Source of the DNA: a virus
Taxonomy: Duplodnaviria; Caudoviricetes
Virus record (IMG/VR): IMGVR_UViG_3300048591_001211
Span: 1 to 61,923 of that record
Length of the DNA stretch: 61,923 bases
Reading direction: 5' to 3' (one strand)
The notes under the pieces are model-generated. The model saw only the letters and a program-made list of their open reading frames with translations. It did not search any database and was not told the origin of the DNA. Both the position numbers and the translations under genes were made by a program. This document shows, in pieces, positions 30,638 through 38,371 of this stretch (positions are counted from its first letter, which is position 1; every line of letters begins with the position of its first letter).

Positions 30638-31567
30638 ATGATCTGGCCCAGGGTTGTGATTGTGGGGATGATCGCCGCGATGTTGGCGGCTACCGGGCGC
30701 TGCGAAGAGCCCGCCGATGTTGATGTTGCGGAGGTGCTCCGCCTTGGCGACACCGTGCAGCACGTCGATGGAATCCGACAAAACTCGGACGATCTCTTCG
30801 TCGAGGCCATGTCGACTCCCGATGACGACTCCGGGAAGTGGTTCGTTTCAGTCCTCACGATGCAGGCCTGCGCTCCATGTGAGCGGCTCAAGGCCGACTG
30901 GAAGACGAGCCAGCACCTTCTCGCTCTCGCGGACCCCGACAACCCCAAGCGGTCGTGGGCTCACTACCAGGTCTACCCGCGCGAAGATAAGAGCCAGGCC
31001 TTCCGGTTCGAGGGGATCAAGGTCACGAGCTATCCGACCGTGATCGTCCAGCCGCCCAGGAACGGGAAGTACGGCGACCCGAAGACCGTGGTTTACCAGG
31101 GTGGATACGGTGGCGATCCCGAGAAGCTGGCTCGGCAGATCACGGACGCTGTGCGCCGATACGTCTCGCGCGTGGAGTCGGCACCGGACCCGGCTTCGAC
31201 CGCCTTTAAGGGCTACGACCCACCGTGGTCTCCGCCTCCGAAGGTCGATGACGCTGTTCCCGTGGGACCGGTGGTTTTTCCCGACGGCCTGCCGCTGATT
31301 CCACCCCCGTCGCCAATGGCGGGAGTAGCGGGCCTCTCGACGGTGGTGCTGGTCTTGCTCTCGGTGATCGCGACGCTCGCGGTGGTGTTTGTGCTACCGG
31401 CAGGGTTGAGGGCTCTGCAAGCCGGGCGGGAACGTCGGGACCAAGCGAGGCAAGCAGCTCGAGCACGGGACCAAGCATTGGCGCAGCTCCTGAGCCGGCT
31501 GGAGAACGGAAACGTTTCGACGGCCACAGGCTCAGAAACCTCGGCCAAGGTATCGCCAGCGGCCTGA
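30638..31567 (+). CDS. Exported thioredoxin-fold protein with C-terminal membrane anchor
   Basis: Signal peptide, CAPC motif, cis-Pro loop VTSYPT, Pro-rich linker, TM helix and coiled coil. Confidence 0.7.
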   Translation: MIWPRVVIVGMIAAMLAATGRCEEPADVDVAEVLRLGDTVQHVDGIRQNSDDLFVEAMSTPDDDSGKWFVSVLTMQACAPCERLKADWKTSQHLLALADPDNPKRSWAHYQVYPREDKSQAFRFEGIKVTSYPTVIVQPPRNGKYGDPKTVVYQGGYGGDPEKLARQITDAVRRYVSRVESAPDPASTAFKGYDPPWSPPPKVDDAVPVGPVVFPDGLPLIPPPSPMAGVAGLSTVVLVLLSVIATLAVVFVLPAGLRALQAGRERRDQARQAARARDQALAQLLSRLENGNVSTATGSETSAKVSPAA

Positions 31568-31681
31568 GCGCCATTTGGTGGCTTTTCATCGGAGGCCCTC
31601 TCTTGATCGTCACGCTGATCATCATCGGGCTCGTCGTGTGGATCGTCCGCAACATCGTGATGATGTGCAGGGGAGGTTGAC

Positions 31682-31861
31682 GTGCCCTCGATGGTCGCCT
31701 ACCTGAGCGATGTGGCTAGGGCCGCTGCGGTCACGTGCTGCGTCGTATGCCTTGCGACATCGTGCGACCGCAGGGAGCCGACTCCAGCCGTTGATGCTCT
31801 GCCGCTCGAGGCGCCTGCCGACGATCCAACCCATTCCGTGCTCGTTCGCGAGGGGGACTGA
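31682..31861 (+). CDS. Small putative lipoprotein (o-spanin-like, 59 aa)
   Basis: Hand-translated: GGAGG RBS, GTG start, hydrophobic stretch ending LATS-C and a Pro-rich mature part. Confidence 0.45.
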   Translation: MPSMVAYLSDVARAAAVTCCVVCLATSCDRREPTPAVDALPLEAPADDPTHSVLVREGD

Positions 31862-32157
31862 TGCCAGCCGCCGACTTCTCCCCGGGCCGGCAGGACGTGG
31901 TCTACCGAACCGGCGACACTCGCACGGTCGAGGTCGATTGGCCGCTTGACCTCACCGGCAGGACGCCGGTGTGCGTGCTCCTGAGCACCGTCACAGGCGA
32001 GTTGATCGACACGCTGACGTCTCAGGTGACAGACGCGTCGGCCGGCAAGATCAACGTGACGTTCCCCGCGACGCTCGTGGTCGGCACGTACGTCTGGGCT
32101 ATGCGGCTCGATGACGATACGACCGGCATCCGCGGCTACGTGGAGGTGACGCCGTGA
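31861..32157 (+). CDS. Small beta-rich virion accessory protein (BppU-N-like)
   Basis: GDT..V.V...DLTG...V.DA..GKI.V......GTY pattern. Confidence 0.5.
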   Translation: MPAADFSPGRQDVVYRTGDTRTVEVDWPLDLTGRTPVCVLLSTVTGELIDTLTSQVTDASAGKINVTFPATLVVGTYVWAMRLDDDTTGIRGYVEVTP

Positions 32158-32384
32158 GCACGTCCATCACCGATCTCCACATCGCGACGGTGGTTCCGAA
32201 GGTCACGGCGCCGAAGGTGACGCCCTCGCTGTCGGCCCCAAAGATCACGCCCACCACGGCGGGTATCGGCATCGAAGGCCCGAAGGGCGACCAGGGCGAG
32301 CCAGCCATCTCATCGCTCACGGTTTCCGGTGGCCTCGTGTCGCCGCTGGTGCTCGAGCTCGTCAGCCAAGTCGGGGAGTCCTGA
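32154..32384 (+). CDS. Small protein with short collagen-like motif
   Basis: PKVT repeats and GPKGDQGEP. Confidence 0.5.
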   Translation: MSTSITDLHIATVVPKVTAPKVTPSLSAPKITPTTAGIGIEGPKGDQGEPAISSLTVSGGLVSPLVLELVSQVGES

Positions 32385-32387
32385 TCC

Positions 32388-33452
32388 ATGCCAACGCCGA
32401 CCACATTCACGACGCGCGTCACGTTCGACCACGTGCGAAACACCGCGGCAGGGTTCACTGCTGACAACCCGGTGCTCGGGTACGGTGTGATCGCGATCGA
32501 GGGCGACGAGGAATCGACGGTCTTCCGTGTCAAGATCGGCGACGGCGTGACGGCGTGGAATGACATGCCATACGCCGGCGGCGACGGCCCTATCGCGATT
32601 GAGGACATCGAAGGGCTCGCGGATGAACTCGCGGCGCTGGCCCCGATCGCCAACCCGACGTTCACGGGGACGGTTTCGGGCGTCACGAAGTCTATGGTGG
32701 GCCTCGGCAACGTCGACAACACGTCGGACGTGAACAAGCCCGTCTCAACCGCCCAGGCCACCGCAGACACGGCCGTCGCGACCGCGGCCGCTGCCGACGC
32801 AACCACGAAAGCAAACGCCGCCCTCGCGGCAGCGATTGATTACACCGACACTGGGCTCGCAACTCACACCCACGGCAACATCAACGCTGACGGCAAGTGG
32901 CAGCCGTTCCTTGATGAGATTCAGCCCGAGGCGGATTTCGTGATGGTGGTCGAGGGCGGTTCGGCCGATCTCAAGGCTCGGTCGTCGATTTCCGCGTCGC
33001 TTGTCGGCGGGCTTTCGACGGTCGCCACGACTGGCGACTACAACGATCTCGACAATCTTCCGTCGCTTTTCTCGGGTGACTACGGCGACCTCGCGAACGT
33101 GCCTTCTACGTTCTCGCCCGCGCCGAAAGTCGTTACCGCCCTCGGCACCATCTCTGGCACCGTGACACCAGACGCCAACGCCCGTGTGGATTACGACCTC
33201 ACGGCCTCCGGCAATATCACGCTCGCGAACCCGTCCGGCACGCCGGTGAACGGGCAGGTCATCTTGTTCCGCGTGACCCAAGGGAGCGGCGGCAGCAAGA
33301 CCGTCACGCTCGGCGGCAGCATCACGATCCCCTCGTCTGCGTCGAGCCCGCTGCCGTGGTCAACCGCCGAAGGCGCGTGCGATTACCTCGCGATCAAGTA
33401 TCACGCCGGTCGCAGCGAGTGGGATGTCGTTTCATTCGTGCCGGGGTACTGA
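32388..33452 (+). CDS. Fibre-like virion protein with Mtd_N-like N-terminal domain
   Basis: NPVL..G.I.IE...KIGDGVTAWNDMPY, VGLGNVDNTSDVNKPVSTAQ and ATTGDYNDL fibre motifs. Confidence 0.75.
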   Translation: MPTPTTFTTRVTFDHVRNTAAGFTADNPVLGYGVIAIEGDEESTVFRVKIGDGVTAWNDMPYAGGDGPIAIEDIEGLADELAALAPIANPTFTGTVSGVTKSMVGLGNVDNTSDVNKPVSTAQATADTAVATAAAADATTKANAALAAAIDYTDTGLATHTHGNINADGKWQPFLDEIQPEADFVMVVEGGSADLKARSSISASLVGGLSTVATTGDYNDLDNLPSLFSGDYGDLANVPSTFSPAPKVVTALGTISGTVTPDANARVDYDLTASGNITLANPSGTPVNGQVILFRVTQGSGGSKTVTLGGSITIPSSASSPLPWSTAEGACDYLAIKYHAGRSEWDVVSFVPGY

Positions 33453-33455
33453 CAA

Positions 33456-34088
33456 ATGGCCACTCTCTACTTCAACGACGCGGAAGAGGACAGCGACGTA
33501 GCCACCCTAGAAAACTGGTGGGAGGACGCTGAATGCACAGTTCAGGCCGACGCGCTTCCGGGTGTCAATGATGACTGCATTTTCCTGGCGAGCGTCTATG
33601 TAAACAGCGGCGATCCGTTCGTGGTCGCGTCAGTTGACATGCAGGTCGAGTGGGGCGAGTTCGCCATCGACGCGACAGCTGGGCTTTTTTCGTTCAGCGG
33701 GGATGGCTGCGGTCCCGCGTTCGGCTTCACTATCAACGGCGACTGTGTGTTCAACGGCGAGGGTGGTGGTGCGTACGGAGCCATCATCAACGGCGACTGT
33801 GAGTTCAGTGGCGAGGGCGGCGTAAACTTCCACACCACCGTCAACGGCGACTGCGTGTTCAGCGGCGAGTTCACCAACAACGTAGGCACGATCAACGGCG
33901 ATTGCTATCTGCTGCATCCGACATCCGCGAATGGCAGCGTCGATCTAATCAACCCTACGTATAACACTGAGGGCTTCGTCAACGGTCGCGTCTTCCTTAT
34001 TCGTGGCTCGAACCTTTACGGCAAACCAACAGAGGGCTTCGTCGTCCCTCGCGGCATCAACGGCTCGTCGATCCTTGGAGTTATGTAG
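33456..34088 (+). CDS. Beta-helix repeat protein
   Basis: Four (I/V)NGDC repeats, three of them followed by xF(N/S)GE. Confidence 0.6.
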   Translation: MATLYFNDAEEDSDVATLENWWEDAECTVQADALPGVNDDCIFLASVYVNSGDPFVVASVDMQVEWGEFAIDATAGLFSFSGDGCGPAFGFTINGDCVFNGEGGGAYGAIINGDCEFSGEGGVNFHTTVNGDCVFSGEFTNNVGTINGDCYLLHPTSANGSVDLINPTYNTEGFVNGRVFLIRGSNLYGKPTEGFVVPRGINGSSILGVM

Positions 34089-34089
34089 C

Positions 34090-34422
34090 ATGAATCTTGC
34101 TAATCCTGTCTCGATCACGCCACCGTCACGCACCAAAAGGGACGGCACCACCAAGACATTCACGACGGTTGAAATCGACTCACTCGGCATCACGATCATC
34201 GACGACGTTGTTCGTCGGATTGCTCGGGTCAGTCTCATGGGTCGCAAGGATGGCCGGCCCGTTCGTTCGTTTCCGAAGCCGCTGACGCTCTGGGAAGGCG
34301 AGGCGTATGACGAGGCCGGAGACTACACCCAGGCCCAGGTCGAGGCCCGCGTCGCGGAGCTGCTCGGCAGCGATGCGTCGGCGAGCTTGACGGGGATGAT
34401 GCAACTGCCCGTGAGTGTGTGA
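34090..34422 (+). CDS. Hypothetical phage protein
   Basis: Coupled ORF containing LWEGEAYD.AGDYTQAQVEARV. Confidence 0.55.
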   Translation: MNLANPVSITPPSRTKRDGTTKTFTTVEIDSLGITIIDDVVRRIARVSLMGRKDGRPVRSFPKPLTLWEGEAYDEAGDYTQAQVEARVAELLGSDASASLTGMMQLPVSV

Positions 34423-34526
34423 CCCATGCCTGACGCCATGGAAGACCAGATCGCTGACGCCGTGGCGACCGGAAACCAACAACCATGAGCCACCCGCACC
34501 TCCAACGCCAGCTCGGCAAGTCGAGA

Positions 34527-34559
34527 TGAGCGACGGGATGGCCGCGGCCGCCTTAGGGT
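34527..34559 (+). promoter_or_regulatory. Putative phage late promoter, copy 2
   Basis: TGAGCGACGG-N17-TAGGGT. Confidence 0.65.
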
Positions 34560-34594
34560 GAAGGGGAGCACCTTCACCCACGAGGCTCGATCGA

Positions 34595-34915
34595 ATGCGT
34601 TCGCCGGCCGTCTCGAATCACTTCACCGATGCCAACGGCAACCCATCCGGTGGCACCACGTTCGGTCAAGGTTTTGCCATCGGGTGGCAGAACGGTCCGC
34701 TCGGTCGTGGCGAGGAGCGGAAGCAGCCAAACGGGGCGTTCATCGAGGACATCATCGCTGCGGCCAAGGATCGGCTGGAGTTCTACCAGGCGTCCAAGTT
34801 CGCCTGCGAAGCGAACGAGACAGCCATCGATCTCCTGGCTGCGGCCCTCGGTGTGCTGAACGCCCGCACGGCCGATCGCGAGAAGCGTGCCGTCGAGGGC
34901 ACACACGCCCCCTGA
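34595..34915 (+). CDS. Tad1-like anti-defence nucleotide sponge
   Basis: WQNGP...NG.F.EDII....DRL.FYQ...F.CEAN..A......AL..LN.RT.DR..R.VEGT parallels the recalled Tad1 pattern FQKG...DRL..FQ...F..REN..AL...EEAL......R..DR..R.V.GT. Confidence 0.75.
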   Translation: MRSPAVSNHFTDANGNPSGGTTFGQGFAIGWQNGPLGRGEERKQPNGAFIEDIIAAAKDRLEFYQASKFACEANETAIDLLAAALGVLNARTADREKRAVEGTHAP

Positions 34916-34927
34916 TCGCCCAACCAC

Positions 34928-35473
34928 ATGGCCATCGATATCAACATCGACCTCGGTTACGCACTTGCTGCCTGGGTGGTCGCCGACTTCCTCTCGGGTG
35001 TCGTGCATTGGATTGAGGACCGCTACGGTGACCCAGCATGGCCCGTCATCGGCCGTCACGTCATCGAGCCGAACATCCTCCACCATCGGGACCAGATGGC
35101 GTTCACCGCGGGTGGCTACTGGCAACGCAACTGGACCACGCTCGTGCCGGCGGCGGCTGCCGCCGGGATGGCGTGGCTGGCCGGCTCGGCATTCCTGGCG
35201 GTCACGTTCCTCATGCTCTCCCAGGCGAACGAGATCCATGCCTGGGCTCACCAGCGATGCGTGCGCCCGATCCGCGGTCTGCAGCTCATCGGCATTTTCC
35301 AATCACCGGAGCAGCACGCCGATCACCACCGGCGGCCGTTCGACCGGAACTACTGCACCATGAGCGACTGGCTCAACCCGTTGCTATCGCGCGCCGGCTT
35401 CTGGCCCGCCCTCGAGCTGCTGGTGGCGAGGGTCACCGGGCTATCGCCACGACCCGAAAGGCAGGTGGCTTGA
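34928..35473 (+). CDS. CarF/TMEM189/FAD4-family lipid desaturase
   Basis: ADFLSGVVHW.ED, HH, H.WAH and H..HH...NYC...W.N histidine boxes; TM helices. Confidence 0.85.
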   Translation: MAIDINIDLGYALAAWVVADFLSGVVHWIEDRYGDPAWPVIGRHVIEPNILHHRDQMAFTAGGYWQRNWTTLVPAAAAAGMAWLAGSAFLAVTFLMLSQANEIHAWAHQRCVRPIRGLQLIGIFQSPEQHADHHRRPFDRNYCTMSDWLNPLLSRAGFWPALELLVARVTGLSPRPERQVA

Positions 35474-36033
35474 TGCCGCGCAAGCTCCCTTACGTCAGCG
35501 TGCCGAAGCCCCGCCGCCGCCCCAGTGCCGCGGCCCGCGGGTACTGCAGTCGCAAGCATCGGGAGTGGCGGCTCGCTGTCCTGCGACGGGATGAGTGGAC
35601 ATGCCAGGATTGCGGCCGGGTCTGCACTGACAAGGCAGAGGCGCACGCTGACCACGTCAGCCCGATCGTGCAGGGGACTGACTACTGCGAGGACGGGTCC
35701 AGTAGGTACGACGTGCGGAACGGTAAGTGCCGCTGCATCCGATGCCACAGCCGCAAGACGCAAGCCGAGAACGCCGGAGGGAAACGAATTCCGGCCGACC
35801 CCAGGGGGGGCTTCCAAAGTTCCAAAGCCCCCACGAATCCAAACCACCTGCTTGCCGCACGCACGCGACCGGGAGTTTTCGAGGGGGGGGGGTCGAATTC
35901 GCAATCCCCGGGTGAAACGGCGTCTGGGGCCGTGCGGTGGCCCGTCGTTGTGGACCCTGCCATGCCACCCGATCGGCTCCTCGTCGGTGGTGTTTGGATT
36001 GCCCTTGGGGTGCCTGCCGGGGGTGTGGAGTGA
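35473..36033 (+). CDS. HNH endonuclease (packaging-associated)
   Basis: A.ARGY...WR..VL.RD...CQDC...ADH...C..CHSRKT. Confidence 0.85.
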   Translation: MPRKLPYVSVPKPRRRPSAAARGYCSRKHREWRLAVLRRDEWTCQDCGRVCTDKAEAHADHVSPIVQGTDYCEDGSSRYDVRNGKCRCIRCHSRKTQAENAGGKRIPADPRGGFQSSKAPTNPNHLLAARTRPGVFEGGGSNSQSPGETASGAVRWPVVVDPAMPPDRLLVGGVWIALGVPAGGVE

Positions 36034-36602
36034 GTACCGGGACGATCCGAAACCGCGTGGTGAGGCTGGCGAGCGTTCGTGCCGGCGACCTGGTGCCGAA
36101 CCCCAGGAACTGGCGGACGCACCCGGCCGGACAGGCCGCCGCGCTCCGTGGGATCCTCGCCGAGATCGGGTACGCGGACGCCCTGCTCGCGCGGGAGTTG
36201 CCGGATGGTCGGCTGATGCTGATCGACGGTCACCTGCGGGCCGAGACGACACCCGACCTTGAGGTGCCGGTCCTGGTCCTCGACCTGAACGAAGAGGAGG
36301 CTGACAAGCTGCTCCTGTCCCTTGACCCGCTCGCCGCGATGGCGGAGGCGAACGCAGAGGCGATCGGCGAGCTGCTCCGCGAGGTGGAAACAGGCAGCGA
36401 AGGGCTGCAGAAGATGTACGCCGGGATGGCAAAAGACGCTGGCCTTCTCGCCGATGCCGACGCGTCGAGCCCGCAAGAGTCGGACTTTCAATACGAGCAG
36501 CAGTACGGCGTCACCGTGGTGTGTCGCGACGAGAGGCACCAGCAGGAGATCTACGATCGCCTGACGTCCGAGGGGCTGGAGTGCAAGGTGGTGGTCGTAT
36601 GA
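36030..36602 (+). CDS. ParB/Srx N-terminal-like domain protein
   Basis: L.PNPRNWRTH and LIDGHLR motifs; small C-terminal domain YGV.V.C.DE..Q..IY..L..EG..C. Confidence 0.8.
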   Translation: MSTGTIRNRVVRLASVRAGDLVPNPRNWRTHPAGQAAALRGILAEIGYADALLARELPDGRLMLIDGHLRAETTPDLEVPVLVLDLNEEEADKLLLSLDPLAAMAEANAEAIGELLREVETGSEGLQKMYAGMAKDAGLLADADASSPQESDFQYEQQYGVTVVCRDERHQQEIYDRLTSEGLECKVVVV

Positions 36603-37711
36603 AAATCGCCGTCCGCAATCGGTGCTCCGACTTCAACTCGTACCGGGCCGCCCGCGTGAAAAGCCTCTTCAACGCGGAGAGCGGCTGCGACTTCACGCTC
36701 GACGCCGATCTCCCCATAGATGACAGCGATTGGAAACTCGGGCTTGTGGTAGGCCCGTCCGGCTCCGGCAAGACCTCGATCGGAAAGCAGATATTCGGCG
36801 ACGCCGGCGCGGTGTACGACCCGTCGGACTGGCCCGCGGACAAGCCGATCGTTGATGCGATTGCCCCTGGTGGCGACTTCGACGCGGTGACGGGCGCTCT
36901 TGCGTCTGTCGGGCTTGGAAGCGTTCCGGCGTGGTTGCGCCCGTTCCACGTTCTGTCGAACGGCGAGCGCTTTCGGGCGAACCTCGCTCGGCTCGTGTGC
37001 GAGGCACCGCCGAAGGTTGTGGTCGACGAGTTCACCTCGGTCGTGGACAGGCAAATAGCCAGGTTCGGTGCGCTGGCCTTCCAGAAGTCGTGGCGTCGAA
37101 CCGGCGGGAAGTGCGTGCTGCTCTCTTGTCACTACGACGTGATCGATTGGCTGGAGCCGGACTGGGTCTACGACACCTCAAGCGGCCAATACGCCGGGAG
37201 GCGTCTTTGGCGACGGCCAAAGTTCGACCTCGAGATATGGCAGACGGACAAGCGCTACTGGCACCTGTTTGAGCCGCATTACTATCTGAGGCTGCCATCG
37301 ATGATCGCGGCAACGTACTACGTCGGGTTCGTCGACGGGGAGCCCGTGTGCCACCTCGGGGTTTCCCCGAAGCTCGAGGTGGGAGGTATGCGCGCGAGTC
37401 GCATGGTCGTGATGCCCGAGTGGCAAGGGGCCGGCGTCGGTGTTCGCTTCTTGAACGAGGTGTGCCAAATGCAGATCGATGGCCGCGGCCCATACGGCCG
37501 TCGCCCGCGCTGCGTTTTCTTCCATACGTCGCACCCAGGCCTGTGCCACGCACTGCGCAAGTCGCCCGGCTGGAGGCAGGTGAGCGCGGTGCTCGCCGGC
37601 GGGAATAAGGCCAGGAGCCGGAGAAGCATGCAGAAGTCGGGAGCGGTCACTGCCGGTTACGGCGGCCACTTCCGCGCGGTCCAGGGTTTCAAGTATGTCG
37701 GCTGTGCCTAG
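36599..37711 (+). CDS. ABC-type ATPase fused to GNAT (Mom-like) acyltransferase
   Basis: Walker A GPSGSGKT, signature LSNGE, Walker B VVDEF and H-loop SCH; F.PHYY and GNAT motif A R.VV.PEWQGAGVG. Confidence 0.85.
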   Translation: MKIAVRNRCSDFNSYRAARVKSLFNAESGCDFTLDADLPIDDSDWKLGLVVGPSGSGKTSIGKQIFGDAGAVYDPSDWPADKPIVDAIAPGGDFDAVTGALASVGLGSVPAWLRPFHVLSNGERFRANLARLVCEAPPKVVVDEFTSVVDRQIARFGALAFQKSWRRTGGKCVLLSCHYDVIDWLEPDWVYDTSSGQYAGRRLWRRPKFDLEIWQTDKRYWHLFEPHYYLRLPSMIAATYYVGFVDGEPVCHLGVSPKLEVGGMRASRMVVMPEWQGAGVGVRFLNEVCQMQIDGRGPYGRRPRCVFFHTSHPGLCHALRKSPGWRQVSAVLAGGNKARSRRSMQKSGAVTAGYGGHFRAVQGFKYVGCA

Positions 37712-37712
37712 G

Positions 37713-38360
37713 ATGCGCCTCTACATATGCGGCCAGCGTGAGTTTGGCGCACGTGTCCTTCGGCTCGCCGTCGGCATGGGGCACGATGTCGTCGGCTGCT
37801 GCTGCCCGGTCGGAAACTCTAAGGGCGACGGGCCTGACCGCACGCGTGAGGCGGCAGGAGTTTTCGGGGTCCCTTGCATCCCGTCCGGAACGCTGACGCA
37901 CGACAAGGTTCCCGAAGGCGTTGACGCGATCGTCGCCGCGCACTCGCACGACTTCATCGGGCAGCGAACCCGCTACAGGGCGAGGTACGGAGCGTTCGGC
38001 TACCACCCGTCCCTACTCCCCAGGCACAGGGGCCGCGATGCAGTTCGCTGGACCGTGCGCATGCGAGACCCTATCGCCGGAGGATCCATTTACTGGCTGA
38101 ACGAGGTTATGGACGGAGGCCCGATCGCCGCTCAGGAATGGTGCTGGGTGTACGGCGATGACACGCCCGAGCGGCTTTGGAGGGAACGGCTGTTTCCGAT
38201 CGGGCTGTCGCTCATGGAGCGAGTCCTTTCCGACATCCCGCGGCACTTTGAAAACAAGGTCGCGCAGGACGAGAGGGCGGCCACCTTTGAGCCTTCGATG
38301 AGCCCACCGAGGGCATTCCGGCCGGACCTGCTTGGCATCCCGTTTCGTCACGCGTGCTAA
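37713..38360 (+). CDS. Formyltransferase (10-formyl-THF-dependent fold)
   Basis: GQ..FG, YHPSLLPRHRG, MDGGPI and LW...LFP.G motifs. Alternative start at 37695. Confidence 0.85.
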   Translation: MRLYICGQREFGARVLRLAVGMGHDVVGCCCPVGNSKGDGPDRTREAAGVFGVPCIPSGTLTHDKVPEGVDAIVAAHSHDFIGQRTRYRARYGAFGYHPSLLPRHRGRDAVRWTVRMRDPIAGGSIYWLNEVMDGGPIAAQEWCWVYGDDTPERLWRERLFPIGLSLMERVLSDIPRHFENKVAQDERAATFEPSMSPPRAFRPDLLGIPFRHAC

Positions 38361-38371
38361 GGGAGGAACCT

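Noticed and set aside
31704-31736. Fourth copy of the late promoter motif (TGAGCGATGT)
   Set aside because: It is mismatched, lies inside a coding region and has no TAnnnT at the +27 position. The same applies to the partial matches at 35361 and 39959.
32388-34088. Diversity-generating retroelement suggested by the Mtd_N-like domain
   Set aside because: I found no reverse transcriptase and no TR/VR pair with adenine-specific mismatches. The nearby repeats are in-frame NGDC peptide repeats.
36599-37711. ABC transporter ATP-binding subunit
   Set aside because: There is no permease or binding protein nearby, and the ATPase is fused to a GNAT inside a packaging operon.
37713-38360. Housekeeping fmt or purN
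   Set aside because: It lacks the Fmt C-terminal domain and the NxH motif, and it sits in a phage operon.
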